Part shown: positions 29,302-42,749 of the stretch, piece by piece
Layout: each line of letters opens with the position of its first letter
Position numbering within the stretch: the stretch's first letter is position 1
Source: Alphaproteobacteria bacterium
GTDB taxonomy: Bacteria > Pseudomonadota > Alphaproteobacteria > Bin95
Direction of reading: 5' to 3'
Assembly: GCA_963665325.3 (NCBI GenBank)
Contig: OZ224045.1
Coordinates: 800,001-864,000, forward strand
Length of the DNA: 64,000 nt
Program-made: the position numbers and the translations under genes
Notes under the pieces: model-generated
What the model was told of the DNA's origin: nothing
The model's input: only the letters and a program-made list of their open reading frames with translations
The model's database searches: none

Positions 29302-29302
29302 A

Positions 29303-31381
29303 TCACGCACTCCTCGTCATCAGGATGAAACCGCTCTCGTCGCGCCGGGCGCGCCAGCCGGGCGGCACGGCCGTGGTGCAGTCCATCTCCTCCACGATAA
29401 ACGGGCCCGGCCGCCCTTCCGCGCCGGTGGGCAGATCGCTCCGGGCAACGACCGGGCAGCGGACCCGGCTGCCAAACAGCACCTCGCGCTCCCGCTCTCC
29501 GGCGGAACCGGCAGGCGCCTCCGCATCGGCACGAAACTCGACGCCCGGCAGCCGGCCCGTGGCCGTGACACGGACATTCACCATCTGCACCGGCTCGTCG
29601 GGGTTTTTGTGCCCGTATGTTCGCAGGTGCCGGGTATGGAACTCGCCTGCTAGCGCGTCGAGCATCTCGCGCGTCACGGGACCGTCCCCGAGCGGCGCGG
29701 TGAGTTCGTACGCCTGCCTGGTGTAGCGGCAGTCGGCGGAGCGCTCGATGGACCGGTCGGCCTCGGGCAGCCCGGAATTGTGCAGCATGGTCCGGGCTGC
29801 GCCTTCCAGCTCGGCGAGCCGCCGGTTGAGCGCATCCAGGTCCGCCTCGTCGATTCGGGTATAGAAGGTGTGCGAGTAGTCGCGGCGAAGGTCGGTGGCG
29901 ACAAGGCCGAGGGCCGAGAACCCGCCCGGAATCGGCGGCACGATCACTTCCTCTATGCCGAGCTCTTCGGCAAGCGCCGCAGCGTGGACCGGCCCCGCAC
30001 CCCCGAAGGCGGCGAGCGAGAACTCGCGCGCGTCGTGGCCGCGCTCCACCGACACGATGCGCAGCGCCTCTGCCATGCTGTTGTTGACGACCCGCACGAT
30101 GCCCGCCGCGGCCTCCGCCACGTCCTGCCCGAGCGGGTTTGCGATGTGCTCTCGGATCGCCGCTTCCGAGGCAGCCGCGTCGATGGGCAGCCGCCCGCCG
30201 AGCAAGTGCGTGCGGCTGAGATAGCCCAGCACGACATTGGCGTCCGTCACGGTCGGCAGCGTGCCACCCTGCCCATAGCAGGCAGGGCCCGGCTCCGCGC
30301 CCGCGCTCTGAGGGCCGACCCTGAGCGCGCCGCCGGGGTCGAGCCACGCGATGCTGCCGCCGCCCGCGCTCACTTCCGCCAGGTCGATGACCGGCACCCG
30401 GATGGGATGGCCGGTGCCGTGGAGCCAGCGCCCGACGTTCCCCTCCCCGCCGACCTCGTATTCGGAGGTGGTCTCGATGCGCCCGTCCTCGATCAGGCTC
30501 GCCTTGGCGGTGGTGCCGCCCATGTCGAAAGAGATGAGGTTCGCCCGGTCGAGCTGCCGTCCCATGCGCTGCGCGGCGATGACCCCGGCGGCGGGACCGG
30601 ATTCCACGGCCCCGGCCGGCATCTTGATCGCCTCGGGCACGTCGAAGACGCCGCCGTTCGAGCCCATGACATAGAGCGACGGCAGGCGGAGTTCGTCGAG
30701 CGCGGCTTCGAGGCGCTCCAGATAGGAGGCCAGCACCGGCCCGACATAGGCGCAGACCGCCGTGGTGCTGGTGCGCTCGAACTCACGGATTTCGGGCAGC
30801 ACCTCGCTGGAGAGGAACACCGGAACGCCGGGCAGGGCGGCCCGAAGCCGTTCGCCGATCCGTCGTTCATGCGCGTCGTTGAGGAAGGAGAACATGAGGC
30901 AGACCGCCACCGCATCCACGCCCAGGCTCCGGATCGACTCCACCGCGGCATCCAGCCCGGCCTCGTCGAGCGGGACGACCACCTCGCCCTGGGCGTCGAT
31001 CCGCTCAGCCACCTCGAAGCGCTGGCGGCGCGGCACCAGCACCGCCGGCGCGTTCTGGAACAGGTCGTAAAGGTCCGCGCGGGCCGAGCGCCGGAGCTCC
31101 AGCACATCGCGGAAGCCCCCGGTCGTGACGAGGGCGACATTGGCGCCCTTCCCCTCGAGCAACGCGTTGGTGACAACCGTGGTGGCGTGGGAGACGAGGG
31201 AGACCGAACCGGGATCGATGCCGTAATCCTGCATCGCGGTCCTTATGCCCTCGATGACCGCCGCGCCGAAATCGCGGGGCGTGGTCGATACCTTGGCGAT
31301 GCCCGCGCGCCCGCTCTCTTCGTCCAGCACGGCGACATCGGTGAACGTCCCGCCGATATCGACCCCGATACGCCAACCCAT
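29303..31381 (-). CDS. Hydantoinase A/oxoprolinase family protein
   Basis: GVDIGGTFTD, HATTVVTN, ESGPAAG, FDMGGTT, GPQSAGAEPGP, FGGAGP. Confidence 0.92.
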   Translation of the reverse strand: MGWRIGVDIGGTFTDVAVLDEESGRAGIAKVSTTPRDFGAAVIEGIRTAMQDYGIDPGSVSLVSHATTVVTNALLEGKGANVALVTTGGFRDVLELRRSARADLYDLFQNAPAVLVPRRQRFEVAERIDAQGEVVVPLDEAGLDAAVESIRSLGVDAVAVCLMFSFLNDAHERRIGERLRAALPGVPVFLSSEVLPEIREFERTSTTAVCAYVGPVLASYLERLEAALDELRLPSLYVMGSNGGVFDVPEAIKMPAGAVESGPAAGVIAAQRMGRQLDRANLISFDMGGTTAKASLIEDGRIETTSEYEVGGEGNVGRWLHGTGHPIRVPVIDLAEVSAGGGSIAWLDPGGALRVGPQSAGAEPGPACYGQGGTLPTVTDANVVLGYLSRTHLLGGRLPIDAAASEAAIREHIANPLGQDVAEAAAGIVRVVNNSMAEALRIVSVERGHDAREFSLAAFGGAGPVHAAALAEELGIEEVIVPPIPGGFSALGLVATDLRRDYSHTFYTRIDEADLDALNRRLAELEGAARTMLHNSGLPEADRSIERSADCRYTRQAYELTAPLGDGPVTREMLDALAGEFHTRHLRTYGHKNPDEPVQMVNVRVTATGRLPGVEFRADAEAPAGSAGEREREVLFGSRVRCPVVARSDLPTGAEGRPGPFIVEEMDCTTAVPPGWRARRDESGFILMTRSA

Positions 31382-31527
31382 CGCGTTGTCCCCTCCCGGC
31401 TCCTGCCCCTTGCGGGCGAGTTTACCCTAACAGTCCGGGGCGCGCGAAAGGGCGCCCCGCATGCTTGATGGCCGGGCCGGGCGGCGGCATGCTTCGCCGG
31501 ACACCGGCCCCGAGCGAGGCGTTCGCA

Positions 31528-32796
31528 ATGTTGAGACCGGAAGACAACGAACTGCTGTGCCGGACCGGCCCCGGCACGCCGATGGGCGAGCTGTTCCGCC
31601 GGTTCTGGATTCCGGCGCTCCTTCCGGAGGAGCTGCCAACTCCGGATTGCGACCCGGTGCGCCTCAGGCTGCTGGGCGAGGACCTGGTCGCATTCCGGGA
31701 CACGGCAGGGCGGATCGGCATTCTCGACGAGAGATGCCCGCACCGGCGCGCCTCGCTCTTTTTCGGCCGCAACGAGGAATGCGGCCTGCGCTGCGTCTAT
31801 CACGGCTGGAAATTCGATGTGGACGGCAATTGCGTCGAGATGCCGAACGAGCCGCCCGAGACCGACTTCAGGCGCAAGGTGCGCACGAAAGCCTATCCCG
31901 CCGCCGAGTGGGGCGGCTGGATCTGGGCCTATATGGGGCCGAAGGACAGGCAGCCGCCCTTGCCCGAGTTCGAATGGGCGATGCTGCCGCCTGAGCACCG
32001 CTGGCAGAAGAAGTGGCACCTGCGCGCCAACTACTTCCAGGGTTTCGAAGGCGAAATCGACACCCGCCACACGACTTTCCTGCACCGCTTCACCGATTTC
32101 TCGACGCTCTCGGCCGGTCTGGCGGCGGCGCACGGCAACTGGCAGCAGGACGGCATGCCGTCCATCCACATCCGCCCGACGGATTACGGCTTCTACTACG
32201 GCTCCCAGCGCGATACGGCGGACAGCCTGTTCAACTGGCGCATCACGCAGTGGATCCTGCCGAGCAACTCGATCATCCCGCACCCGAAATACCCGATCTC
32301 CTCGCGCGCCTATATCCCGATCGACGACGAGAACAGCTTCGTCTTCGGCACCTCCTATAATCCGGAAGCGCCGATGACGCAGGAAGACCGCGACTATCTG
32401 GAAACCGGCCTCGGCGCCGCGCCCCGCACGCTGCCGGGCGGCTTCACGCCCGAGGTCAACCGCGACAACGGCTATATGCAGGACCGGGCCTCGCAGCGGG
32501 CCGGCAACGCAACCGGCATTCCCGGCGTCAACAACCAGGACCGCGCCATCGTCGAGAGCATGGGGTCCGTCGTTGACCGCGAGAACGAGCATCTCGGCGC
32601 CTCGGACGCCGCGATCATCGCGGCCCGGCGCCGGCTGCTCAAGCTCGCCCGCGACCTCGTCGACGGCAAGGAGCCCCTCCTGCCGCACAGCCCGGCGATG
32701 TTCGGCGTGCGCGCCATCGACGTGACGGCGCCGAACCCGGAACTCGACGCCGTGGTGGAACTCTACAGCGACAGGCTCCGCCTCCCGACTGCCTGA
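31528..32796 (+). CDS. Rieske non-heme iron oxygenase (phthalate 4,5-dioxygenase-like alpha subunit)
   Basis: Rieske site CPHR...CVYHGW; mononuclear Fe site EIDTRHTTFLH; QDRAIVESMG. Confidence 0.9.
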   Translation: MLRPEDNELLCRTGPGTPMGELFRRFWIPALLPEELPTPDCDPVRLRLLGEDLVAFRDTAGRIGILDERCPHRRASLFFGRNEECGLRCVYHGWKFDVDGNCVEMPNEPPETDFRRKVRTKAYPAAEWGGWIWAYMGPKDRQPPLPEFEWAMLPPEHRWQKKWHLRANYFQGFEGEIDTRHTTFLHRFTDFSTLSAGLAAAHGNWQQDGMPSIHIRPTDYGFYYGSQRDTADSLFNWRITQWILPSNSIIPHPKYPISSRAYIPIDDENSFVFGTSYNPEAPMTQEDRDYLETGLGAAPRTLPGGFTPEVNRDNGYMQDRASQRAGNATGIPGVNNQDRAIVESMGSVVDRENEHLGASDAAIIAARRRLLKLARDLVDGKEPLLPHSPAMFGVRAIDVTAPNPELDAVVELYSDRLRLPTA

Positions 32797-32852
32797 CGCC
32801 CCGGGCCTGCGGAGGAGGATAGCGCCGCCTGTTCCTGTTTTTTTGATAGATA

Positions 32853-32867
32853 TTTCTTGATATGTTC
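32853..32867 (+). promoter_or_regulatory. Putative alphaproteobacterial LexA (SOS) box
   Basis: TTTC-TTGATAT-GTTC, one mismatch to GTTC-N7-GTTC, 23 nt upstream of the radical SAM gene; a weaker site GTTC-CTGTTTT-TTTG lies at 32831. Confidence 0.6.
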
Positions 32868-32890
32868 TATTTCCTCGATATTATTCCCGC

Positions 32891-33949
32891 ATGCAGACGG
32901 TTCGGAAAGGACGGGGAGCGGCGAGCAACCGGAGCGGGCGCTATGAGCGCGAGCGGCCGGAGGCGTTCGACGACGGCTGGGGAACGGCTGACGAGACGCC
33001 GCCGCCGCTGCGCACCAGCGTGGTCGAGGAGGCGCCGCGCAGCATCGTCTCGAAAAACGACTCTCCGGACCTCGGCTTCGACAGGTCGGTCAATCCCTAT
33101 CGGGGTTGCGAGCACGGCTGCATCTATTGCTATGCGAGGCCGACCCATGCCTGGCTCGGACTGTCGCCGGGGCTCGATTTCGAGAGCCGGCTGTTCGCCA
33201 AGCCGACCGCGCCCGAACTACTGGAGAAGGAACTGGCGCGGCCGGACTATCGCTGCCAGGTGCTCGCCATCGGCACCAACACCGACGCCTACCAGCCCAT
33301 CGAGAGAGGCTATGAAGTGATGCGCGGCCTGCTGGAAGTGCTTGCCCGCTGCCGCCATCCGGTCTCGATCACGACGAAGTCCGCCCTCGTGCTGCGCGAC
33401 CGGGATCTGCTGGCGGACATGGCGCGCGAGAACCTCGCCCATGTCACCATGTCGATCACCACGCTCGACCGGCGCCTCGCGCGCAGCATGGAGCCGCGTG
33501 CATCCGCGCCGGGGCGGCGGTTGGAAGCGGTGACCGGGTTGCGGGACGCCGGCGTGCCGGTCTCGGTCAATTTCGCGCCAATCATCCCGGCGCTGAACGA
33601 TCATGAGATGGAGGCGGTGCTGGAAGCCGCTCGGAAAGCGGGGGCGTGCGGCGCCGGCTACACGCTGCTCCGCCTGCCGATGGAGATTGCGGACCTGTTC
33701 CGGGAGTGGCTGGAGGCCCATGCGCCCGACCGGGCGGCGCGGGTGCTCTCCCGTGTGCGCGACATGCGCGGCGGGCCGCTCTACAAGAGCGCCTTCCATG
33801 TGCGCATGAAGGGCGAAGGCGCCTATGCGGAGATGATCTCGAAGCGGTTTGCGATCGCCTGCCGCCGGCTGGGCCTTGAGCGCGGCTACGGGGTGCTGGA
33901 CGAAACCCGTTTCCGCCCGCCCGGCGGACAATTGCGGCTCGATCTCTGA
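32891..33949 (+). CDS. PA0069-family radical SAM protein (SplB-like, DNA repair associated)
   Basis: RKGRGAASN, SVNPYRGCEHGCIYCYARPTH, GTNTDAYQP, MEPRA. Confidence 0.92.
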   Translation: MQTVRKGRGAASNRSGRYERERPEAFDDGWGTADETPPPLRTSVVEEAPRSIVSKNDSPDLGFDRSVNPYRGCEHGCIYCYARPTHAWLGLSPGLDFESRLFAKPTAPELLEKELARPDYRCQVLAIGTNTDAYQPIERGYEVMRGLLEVLARCRHPVSITTKSALVLRDRDLLADMARENLAHVTMSITTLDRRLARSMEPRASAPGRRLEAVTGLRDAGVPVSVNFAPIIPALNDHEMEAVLEAARKAGACGAGYTLLRLPMEIADLFREWLEAHAPDRAARVLSRVRDMRGGPLYKSAFHVRMKGEGAYAEMISKRFAIACRRLGLERGYGVLDETRFRPPGGQLRLDL

Positions 33950-33950
33950 T

Positions 33951-35683
<1,733 letters not shown>

Positions 35684-35722
35684 TCCCGAAGCACCGAAGC
35701 GGCGGAAAAGGAGCCCGACAGG

Positions 35723-36739
35723 ATGGCAAGCGACAATGCGGACTGGCTGGCGCTGACGGAAGAGGAAGCGCTGGAGCCGGACCTGCCGATCTGCGACCCG
35801 CACCACCATCTCTGGGACGCGCGCCCGGATTTCGTCCAACCGCGCTACCTGCTCGACGAGTTCCTGGAAGACCTCGCCAGCGGCCACAATGTCGTCAGCA
35901 CCGTGTTCATCGAGTGCGGCGCGATGTTCCGCGCCGACGGGCCGGAAGAAATGCGCCCGGTCGGCGAGACCGAGTTCGTGAACGGCATAGCGGCCATGTC
36001 GGCCTCCGGCGGCTACGGTCCGACCCGGATTGCTGCCGGCATCGTCGGCACGGCCTATCTCGACCGGGGCGACAGCGCGGCGGCCGTGCTCGATGCGCAG
36101 ATCGAGGCAGGGCGCGGCCGGTTCCGAGGCATCCGGCAGGGCGTGACCTGGCACGAAAGCGGGCAAGTGCCCAACCACCGCACAGAGCCGCCGCCGGGCC
36201 TGTACGACAGCGCCGGCTTCCGCGCCGGCCTTGCCCATCTTGCGCCGAGGGAACTAACCTTCGAGCTCTGGTGCTACCACACGCAGCTCGAGGAGGCGGC
36301 GCGGCTGGTCCGCGACTTCCCCGACCAGACCTTCATCCTCGATCATTTCGGCGGGCCCATCGGCATCGGCCCCTATGCCGGGCGCGCCGACGAGGTGTTC
36401 GGCCATTGGCGGGAGGCCGTGGCGCCCGTCGCCGCCTGCCCGAATGTCATGGCCAAGCTCGGGGGGCTCGCGATGGAGGTCAACGGCTTCGGTTGGCACG
36501 ACCAGTCGAGGCCGCCGACCAGCCAGGAACTGATGGACGGCTCGCGGCGCTACTACGAGGCGACCCTGGAGCTGTTCGGCACGGAGCGTTGCCTGTTCGA
36601 GTCGAACTTCCCGGTCGAGAAGGTGAGCTGCAGTTACACGGTGCTCTGGAACGCCTTCAAGCGCCTGACCGCCGGCTACTCGGCGGACGAAAAGGCCGCG
36701 CTCTACCACGACAACGCCGCGCGCACCTACCGGTTGTGA
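35723..36739 (+). CDS. Amidohydrolase family 2 protein
   Basis: DPHHHLW, ILDHFG, FESNFPV. Confidence 0.9.
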   Translation: MASDNADWLALTEEEALEPDLPICDPHHHLWDARPDFVQPRYLLDEFLEDLASGHNVVSTVFIECGAMFRADGPEEMRPVGETEFVNGIAAMSASGGYGPTRIAAGIVGTAYLDRGDSAAAVLDAQIEAGRGRFRGIRQGVTWHESGQVPNHRTEPPPGLYDSAGFRAGLAHLAPRELTFELWCYHTQLEEAARLVRDFPDQTFILDHFGGPIGIGPYAGRADEVFGHWREAVAPVAACPNVMAKLGGLAMEVNGFGWHDQSRPPTSQELMDGSRRYYEATLELFGTERCLFESNFPVEKVSCSYTVLWNAFKRLTAGYSADEKAALYHDNAARTYRL

Positions 36740-36752
36740 CGGCGCAGTGCCC

Positions 36753-38003
36753 TCATCGCACCCGGACGAGGCGGGCGGCGTAGAAGCCGTCCATGCCGCC
36801 CTGCCCGGACAGCATGGAAGGCAGGGTGCGCAGCGCGCCGTCGGGCGCCGCGGCTTCCGGCAGGGCCGGAAAGGCAACCGGCTCCAGCGCGAAGTCGGAC
36901 CGTTCGGCGAGGAAGGCGGCGATCCTCTCGGGGCCTTCCTCCGGTTCCAGCGAGCAACAGGCATAGACCAGCCGCCCTCCAGGCGCCGTGGCGCGGGCTG
37001 CATTGGCGAGGAGGCGGTCCTGGAGTTCGATCAGCCCGTCCAACCGGCGTCCGGCGCGGCGGTGCAGGATGTCGGGATGCCGGCGGATCGTGCCGGTGGC
37101 GCTGCAGGGCGCATCCAGCAGCACGGCCGGATACAGGTCGTCGGGACGCCAGTCGGCGGCGTCGGCTTCGATCCACTCCGCTTCGAGGCCGAGGCGGGCA
37201 AGGTTGACGCGCGCCGCGTCCAGCCGCTGCGGCGCGCGGTCCACAGCGGTCACCCGCGCGCCGGCGGCCGCGAGCTGCGCGGTCTTGCCGCCGGGCGCGG
37301 CGCAGAGGTCGAGCACGCGCTCGCCGGCGACCGGGCCCAGCATCCGCGCCGGCAGGGCGGCCGCCATATCCTGCACCCACCAGCCGCCGTCCTCATATCC
37401 GGGCATCCGACCGATGGCCCCCGGCCGCGCGATCCGCAGCGAGCCGGTCGGCATGGTCTCGCCCTCCGGTAGCGGGCCCGGCGCCTCCGGGCGGCGGAGG
37501 GTGAGGTCAAGCGGCGCCTCCCTCAGATGCGCCTCGGCGATGGCGCGAGCGGCGGCTTCGCCGTAAGCCGCCTCCCAACCCGCCAACAGGCGCGGCGGCG
37601 TGTTCAGCCGGGCGGCGTCCTGTCCTTCGACCAGAGCCTGTCCCTCTCGCGCCGAGCGCCGCAGCACGGCGTTGACCAGGCCTTTCATGTGCGTATCCGC
37701 CAGGCCGACGGCGGTATCGACGGCGGCGTGGGCCGGCACGTCCTCGAATAGAAGCTGCGTCATGCCGAGCATCAGCAGCAGCCGGGTCCGTTCCGCGCGG
37801 CGGGGCAGGGGCCGCGAGAGGAAGCGGTCCAGAAGCGCGTCGATCTGGCCCGCCCGGCGCAAGGTCGTCGCGGCGAGGCGGCGCGCGAAGGCGCGCACCT
37901 CCGGGCTTTCCCTGTCCGGCCCGGCGTCTTCCAGCCGGCCGCCTTCCAGCAGGACGGCGGCGAGCAGGTCGATGGCTAGCGCGCGGGCTGCGCCGCCGGT
38001 CAC
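36753..38003 (-). CDS. rsmB: RsmB/NOP family RNA m5C methyltransferase
   Basis: NusB-like N-terminus (HAAVD, VNAVLR), [30 protein letters not shown]. Confidence 0.85.
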   Translation of the reverse strand: MTGGAARALAIDLLAAVLLEGGRLEDAGPDRESPEVRAFARRLAATTLRRAGQIDALLDRFLSRPLPRRAERTRLLLMLGMTQLLFEDVPAHAAVDTAVGLADTHMKGLVNAVLRRSAREGQALVEGQDAARLNTPPRLLAGWEAAYGEAAARAIAEAHLREAPLDLTLRRPEAPGPLPEGETMPTGSLRIARPGAIGRMPGYEDGGWWVQDMAAALPARMLGPVAGERVLDLCAAPGGKTAQLAAAGARVTAVDRAPQRLDAARVNLARLGLEAEWIEADAADWRPDDLYPAVLLDAPCSATGTIRRHPDILHRRAGRRLDGLIELQDRLLANAARATAPGGRLVYACCSLEPEEGPERIAAFLAERSDFALEPVAFPALPEAAAPDGALRTLPSMLSGQGGMDGFYAARLVRVR

Positions 38004-38926
38004 CCCCAGGGCCCTTTGCGGCGCGGTCCCTGCATCCAGGAGGCGCCGGTCGGCGCACCGCCTGCCTGGCCGGCAGGGCGCGGTCGCTGCGCACGAGCCA
38101 TCTCTCTCAGGGCTCGCACCCGGTTCGCCGTTGAGGGATGGGTGGAGAACAGCTTGTCCGCCCTGTGCGCATGTAGCGGGTTCACGATGAAGAGGTGGGC
38201 CGTGGCGGGATTGCGCTCGGCCGCATGGTTGTCGATGCGGGCCGCGCCCCGTTCCAGGCGCTCGAGCGCCGAGGCGAGCGCCAGCGGGTCGCCGCAGATT
38301 TCCGCCCCCAGCCGGTCGGCCTCGTATTCGCGCGCCCGGCTGATCGCCATTTGCACCAGCATGGCGGCCATGGGCGCCAGAATCGCGATGAGGATGGCAC
38401 CCGCGAAGCCGAGGGGATTGTTACGCCCGCCGCCGAAGAAGAGGCCAAAATTCGCCAGCATCGACGCGGCGCCGGCAACGGTCGCGGTGATCGTCATGAT
38501 GAGCGTGTCGCGGTTCTTCACATGTGCGAGTTCGTGCGCCATCACGCCTTCGACTTCTTTGGGCGAGAGGGTGTGCAAGAGGCCGGTCGTGGCGGCGACG
38601 GCGGCGTTTTCCGGGTTGCGCCCGGTGGCGAAGGCATTGGGCTGGTCGTTGCGGACGATATAGACGCGCGGCATCGGCAGGTCCGCCCGCTTCGCGAGGC
38701 GCTCGACCATGGCGCAGAGTTCCGGCTCGCGCCGCCGGTCTGCCTCTTCGGCGCCGTACATGGACAGCAGCACCCGATCGGAGTTCCACCAGGAGAAGGC
38801 GTTCATTCCAAGCGCGAAGACGAACGCCAGCCCCATCCCGACCGGGCCGCCCAGCATGTAGCCGACGGCGAGGAACAGTCCGGTCAGGCCGGCGAGCAGG
38901 ATGGCGGTGCGGGCAAAGTTCGGCAT
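38000..38926 (-). CDS. htpX: Zinc metalloprotease HtpX
   Basis: [31 protein letters not shown]. Confidence 0.95.
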   Translation of the reverse strand: MPNFARTAILLAGLTGLFLAVGYMLGGPVGMGLAFVFALGMNAFSWWNSDRVLLSMYGAEEADRRREPELCAMVERLAKRADLPMPRVYIVRNDQPNAFATGRNPENAAVAATTGLLHTLSPKEVEGVMAHELAHVKNRDTLIMTITATVAGAASMLANFGLFFGGGRNNPLGFAGAILIAILAPMAAMLVQMAISRAREYEADRLGAEICGDPLALASALERLERGAARIDNHAAERNPATAHLFIVNPLHAHRADKLFSTHPSTANRVRALREMARAQRPRPAGQAGGAPTGASWMQGPRRKGPWG

Positions 38927-38979
38927 GGGCGCGGCGGCTCGGATTGGCAATGGGGATCAGCATGCCATATGTAGGCGTC

Positions 38980-39138
38980 ATGTCGCGCAAATCACGCCCC
39001 GATGAACTGAAGACGCCCGCCGCGCCGCGCCGGCCACCGCGGGATGCCGCCGGTGCGGACAGGCCGGAGAAACCCGAAAGGCCCGACCCGACGCGCTACG
39101 GCGATTGGGAGATCGACGGCCGCTGCATCGACTTTTGA
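38980..39138 (+). CDS. DUF1674 / succinate dehydrogenase assembly factor 4-like small protein
   Basis: C-terminal signature [18 protein letters not shown]. Confidence 0.9.
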   Translation: MSRKSRPDELKTPAAPRRPPRDAAGADRPEKPERPDPTRYGDWEIDGRCIDF

Positions 39139-40109
39139 CCCCGCTCTGGCGGGCTTGGCTTACCGTCCCGGAGAACCGGACGGCGGCTGCGGAGCGCGTG
39201 TTCGACGGTTGGGCCGATGCCGTCTCGGTCTTCGAGCTCGTATCTGGCGACCGGCCGGGACCCGGCAGCGAAATGCGAGGCCCGGGCTGGGCCGACGAGC
39301 TCTGGCTGGCGAGGGTCTGCGTGGTGGAGGGCATTGCCGCCGAACCGCCGGATGCGGACGAACTATCGCGCCGCGCAGCCGGGGAGGGACTGCCGGCGCC
39401 CGAAACCGCGCCGCTCGCCGAACGCGACTGGGCGGCGGAGAGTCAGGCGGGCCTGCCGGTGCGACGCATCGGGCGCATCGCAGTCGGCGACCCCGACAAG
39501 ACCCTGCCGCCGGCGCCGGTGCGCCTCTTCATTGCCGCGGCGACCGCCTTCGGCACGGGCGCACACCCGACCACGGAGGCGTGCCTTGCCGCGCTCGACC
39601 GGCTCCGGAGCCGGTCGGGGCCCGGCATGCGGCCACGTGCCGTGCTGGACCTCGGCACCGGCACCGGCGTCCTCGCCTTCGCAGCCGCGCGCCTCTGGCC
39701 CGGTATTCGGGTGGCGGCGAGCGATATCGACCCCGCCGCCGCCGCCTTGTTCGCCCGCAACGCCCGCTCCAACGGTTTGCGCCTTCGCGCAGTGCAGGCG
39801 GACGGGCCGGCGCATCCCGCGCTGCGCGGTGCCGCGCCCTACGACCTGGTCCTTGCCAATCTCCTCTACCGGCCTCTCATGCGACTTGCGCCGGAGATCG
39901 CCCGGCTTGCCGCGCCCGGCGGCCTTGTCGTGCTGTCGGGCATTCTCGAGCGCCAGGAACTGCCGCTGCGCCTCGCACTGCGCCGCCAGGGTCTGCGTTT
40001 CCGCCGTTCCCGCCGCCTCGAGGGCTGGTCCACGGTCGAGGCGGTGCGTCCCTGGCGCCGGCTGCCGCAGCATCGGAACGGTTGCCGTTCGCGGCCGTTC
40101 CGCATATAA
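39135..40109 (+). CDS. prmA: Ribosomal protein L11 methyltransferase
   Basis: [37 protein letters not shown]. Confidence 0.85.
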   Translation: MTPLWRAWLTVPENRTAAAERVFDGWADAVSVFELVSGDRPGPGSEMRGPGWADELWLARVCVVEGIAAEPPDADELSRRAAGEGLPAPETAPLAERDWAAESQAGLPVRRIGRIAVGDPDKTLPPAPVRLFIAAATAFGTGAHPTTEACLAALDRLRSRSGPGMRPRAVLDLGTGTGVLAFAAARLWPGIRVAASDIDPAAAALFARNARSNGLRLRAVQADGPAHPALRGAAPYDLVLANLLYRPLMRLAPEIARLAAPGGLVVLSGILERQELPLRLALRRQGLRFRRSRRLEGWSTVEAVRPWRRLPQHRNGCRSRPFRI

Positions 40110-40149
40110 CTCCTGCGAATATCATCCAATTCCGCAGCGAGTGAAGCCC

Positions 40150-40527
40150 ATGGCGCGCGTCACCGTCGAGGACTGCGTCCTCAAGATTCCGAACCGTTTC
40201 GATCTGGTCATGCTGGCGGCGCAGCGCTCGCGCGACATTTCCGAAGGCGCGGAGATCACACTGGACCGCGACAGGGACAAGAATCCTGTGGTGTCGCTCA
40301 GGGAGATCGCGGAGGAGACCGTCGAGCTCGACGAGCTTGAGGAAGGCCAGATCCGCAGGCTTCTGCGCCACCGCGAGGAAGAGGAAGAGCCGGGCGATGC
40401 GCTCGACATGCTGCCGGCCCCGGATCTCCCCGACAGGCCCGCCGCAGGCGAGGATCTCGACATCAACTCGCTCATGCGCGAGGTGGCCCAGCAGGATGGT
40501 GAGCTTCAGCCCCGCGACAGCGGCTAG
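40150..40527 (+). CDS. rpoZ: RNA polymerase omega subunit
   Basis: [30 protein letters not shown]. Confidence 0.96.
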   Translation: MARVTVEDCVLKIPNRFDLVMLAAQRSRDISEGAEITLDRDRDKNPVVSLREIAEETVELDELEEGQIRRLLRHREEEEEPGDALDMLPAPDLPDRPAAGEDLDINSLMREVAQQDGELQPRDSG

Positions 40528-40596
40528 GAAGCCACATGCCGGGGCGCTGCGGCACTTCCTGCCGCCGAGCGCGGTAAGCGCGTCCGGGTTCGCCAG

Positions 40597-42744
40597 ATGA
40601 TTCGGCAGTACGAACTGATCGAACGCATCAGGGCGTACAACCCCGATGCCGACGAACTGCTGATCAATCGCGCCTACGTCTATGCGATGGTCCAGCACGG
40701 CAACCAGGTCCGTGCGTCGGGCGACCCCTATTTCTCGCATCCGCTGGAAGTCGCGGGGATTCTGGCCGACATCAGGCTCGATAGCGCCTCGATCATCACC
40801 GCCCTGCTGCATGATACCGTCGAGGACACCGACGCCACGCTGGGCGATATCCGCCGGATGTTCGGCAGCGAGGTCGCCCGCCTTGTGGACGGCGTCACCA
40901 AGCTGTCCAGGATCGAATCGCAGTCCACGCGCACCCGTCAGGCCGAGAACCTGCGCAAGCTGGTGCTCGCAATGTCGCAGGATATCCGGGTGCTGCTGGT
41001 CAAGCTTGCCGACCGGCTGCACAACATGCGGACCCTGACCTTCGTCACCGGAGAAGATAAGCGGCGGCGGATCGCAGCCGAGACGCTCGACATCTATGTG
41101 CCGCTTGCCGAGCGGATCGGGATGCAGCACTGGAAGGAGGATCTGGAGGACCGTGCCTTCGCCGTGCTCCAGCCGGAGGCGCGCAGGAATATCGTGCAGC
41201 GGCTCGAACTCCTCGACCGGGAACGGGGCGACCAGGTCGGCAAGATCATCGGGGCGCTGTCGCAGGTGCTCGACGACGCCGGCCTCGAGTCCGAGGTCAC
41301 CGGGCGGCGCAAGCGCCCGCATTCGATCCACACCAAGATGCAGCGCAAGGACGTGTCGCTGGAGCAGGTGTCGGACATCATGGCCTTCCGCATCGTCGTG
41401 GACTCGGAGATGCGGTGCTACGAGGCGCTCGGCCATTTGCATGCCGCCTACCGCGCGGTGCCGGAGCAGTTCAAGGACTACCTCTCGAACCCGAAGGAAA
41501 ACGGCTACCGCTCCCTGCATACGGTGTTGATCGGTCCCGACGGGCATCGGATCGAAGTTCAGATCCGCGACCGCGAGATGCACGAATTCGCCGAAAACGG
41601 CGCCGCCGCCCACTGGCTCTACAAGCAGGAAGGCGGAGGCGTGGACGGGCGCCAATATGAATGGGTGCAGCAGTTTCTCGACATCCTCGAAAGCGCGTCG
41701 AGCCCCGAGGAATTCCTGTCGCACACCAAGATGCAGCTGTTCCCCGACCAGGTGTTCTGCTTCACCCCGAAGGGCGACCTGAAGGCTTTGCCGGCCGGCG
41801 CGACGCTGGTCGATTTCGCCTATGCGATCCATTCCGAGGTCGGCGACCGTTGCGCCGGCGGCCGGGTCAACGGCCGGCAGATGCCGCTGCGCACGGAGCT
41901 GCACAACGGGGACAGGGTGGAGATCGTCACGGCGAAGAGCCTGCGCGTCACGCCGGAATGGGACCGGTTCGTCGTCACCGGCAGGGCGAAGGCGCGTGTC
42001 CGCCGGCATGTGCGGCTGCGCCGGCGCGAAGAGTTCATCAAGCTCGGCCGGCAGCTTCTCGATGCCGAAATGCGCGAAGCGGGGCATGTATGGCGCGATC
42101 GTCAGCTTGCGCCCGTCGCGGTCGGGCGCGAACTAGACTCGCCGGAGGACCTGCTGGCCGCGATCGGCGACGGGCGCATCGCGGCGCGGGAGGTTGTCCG
42201 GGCGCTGTATCCTGAAGCGCCGCTCGATGCCGATACCGAGACGGTGGTCTCCATCGAGCGCGCCCGGCGTCGGCGCGGGGAACGGCCCAGACCGCTGCTG
42301 ATCCGGGGCGTGATCCCCGGCCTTGCCACGCATTTCGCCCGCTGCTGCCACCCGATCCCCGGCGACCGGATCGTCGGGATCATCACTACCGGCAAGGGCG
42401 TGACCGTCCATACCGACGAATGCCTGACCTTGGAGAGCTTCTCGCATACGCCGGAACGCTGGATCGAGCTGGACTGGGAAGACGAACCGGAGCAGGAGCG
42501 GCCGGGCCATGTCGGGCGGATGCGCCTGACGGCCGCCAACAAGCCCGGCACGCTCGCCCATGTGGCCTCTCTGATCGCGGGCAACCAGGCGAACATCTCG
42601 AACCTGAAATTCGTTAACCGGCAGCCGGACTTCTTCGACATACTGATCGACGTCGAGGTCAACGACACACGGCATCTGAACGAGATCATGGCTGCGCTCA
42701 GCGCCCGGCCGGAGATCGCCTCGGTTAAGCGGGCGAAGCGCTAA
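40597..42744 (+). CDS. spoT: Bifunctional (p)ppGpp synthetase/hydrolase
   Basis: [38 protein letters not shown] and ACT domains. Confidence 0.95.
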   Translation: MIRQYELIERIRAYNPDADELLINRAYVYAMVQHGNQVRASGDPYFSHPLEVAGILADIRLDSASIITALLHDTVEDTDATLGDIRRMFGSEVARLVDGVTKLSRIESQSTRTRQAENLRKLVLAMSQDIRVLLVKLADRLHNMRTLTFVTGEDKRRRIAAETLDIYVPLAERIGMQHWKEDLEDRAFAVLQPEARRNIVQRLELLDRERGDQVGKIIGALSQVLDDAGLESEVTGRRKRPHSIHTKMQRKDVSLEQVSDIMAFRIVVDSEMRCYEALGHLHAAYRAVPEQFKDYLSNPKENGYRSLHTVLIGPDGHRIEVQIRDREMHEFAENGAAAHWLYKQEGGGVDGRQYEWVQQFLDILESASSPEEFLSHTKMQLFPDQVFCFTPKGDLKALPAGATLVDFAYAIHSEVGDRCAGGRVNGRQMPLRTELHNGDRVEIVTAKSLRVTPEWDRFVVTGRAKARVRRHVRLRRREEFIKLGRQLLDAEMREAGHVWRDRQLAPVAVGRELDSPEDLLAAIGDGRIAAREVVRALYPEAPLDADTETVVSIERARRRRGERPRPLLIRGVIPGLATHFARCCHPIPGDRIVGIITTGKGVTVHTDECLTLESFSHTPERWIELDWEDEPEQERPGHVGRMRLTAANKPGTLAHVASLIAGNQANISNLKFVNRQPDFFDILIDVEVNDTRHLNEIMAALSARPEIASVKRAKR

Positions 42745-42749
42745 CCGGC

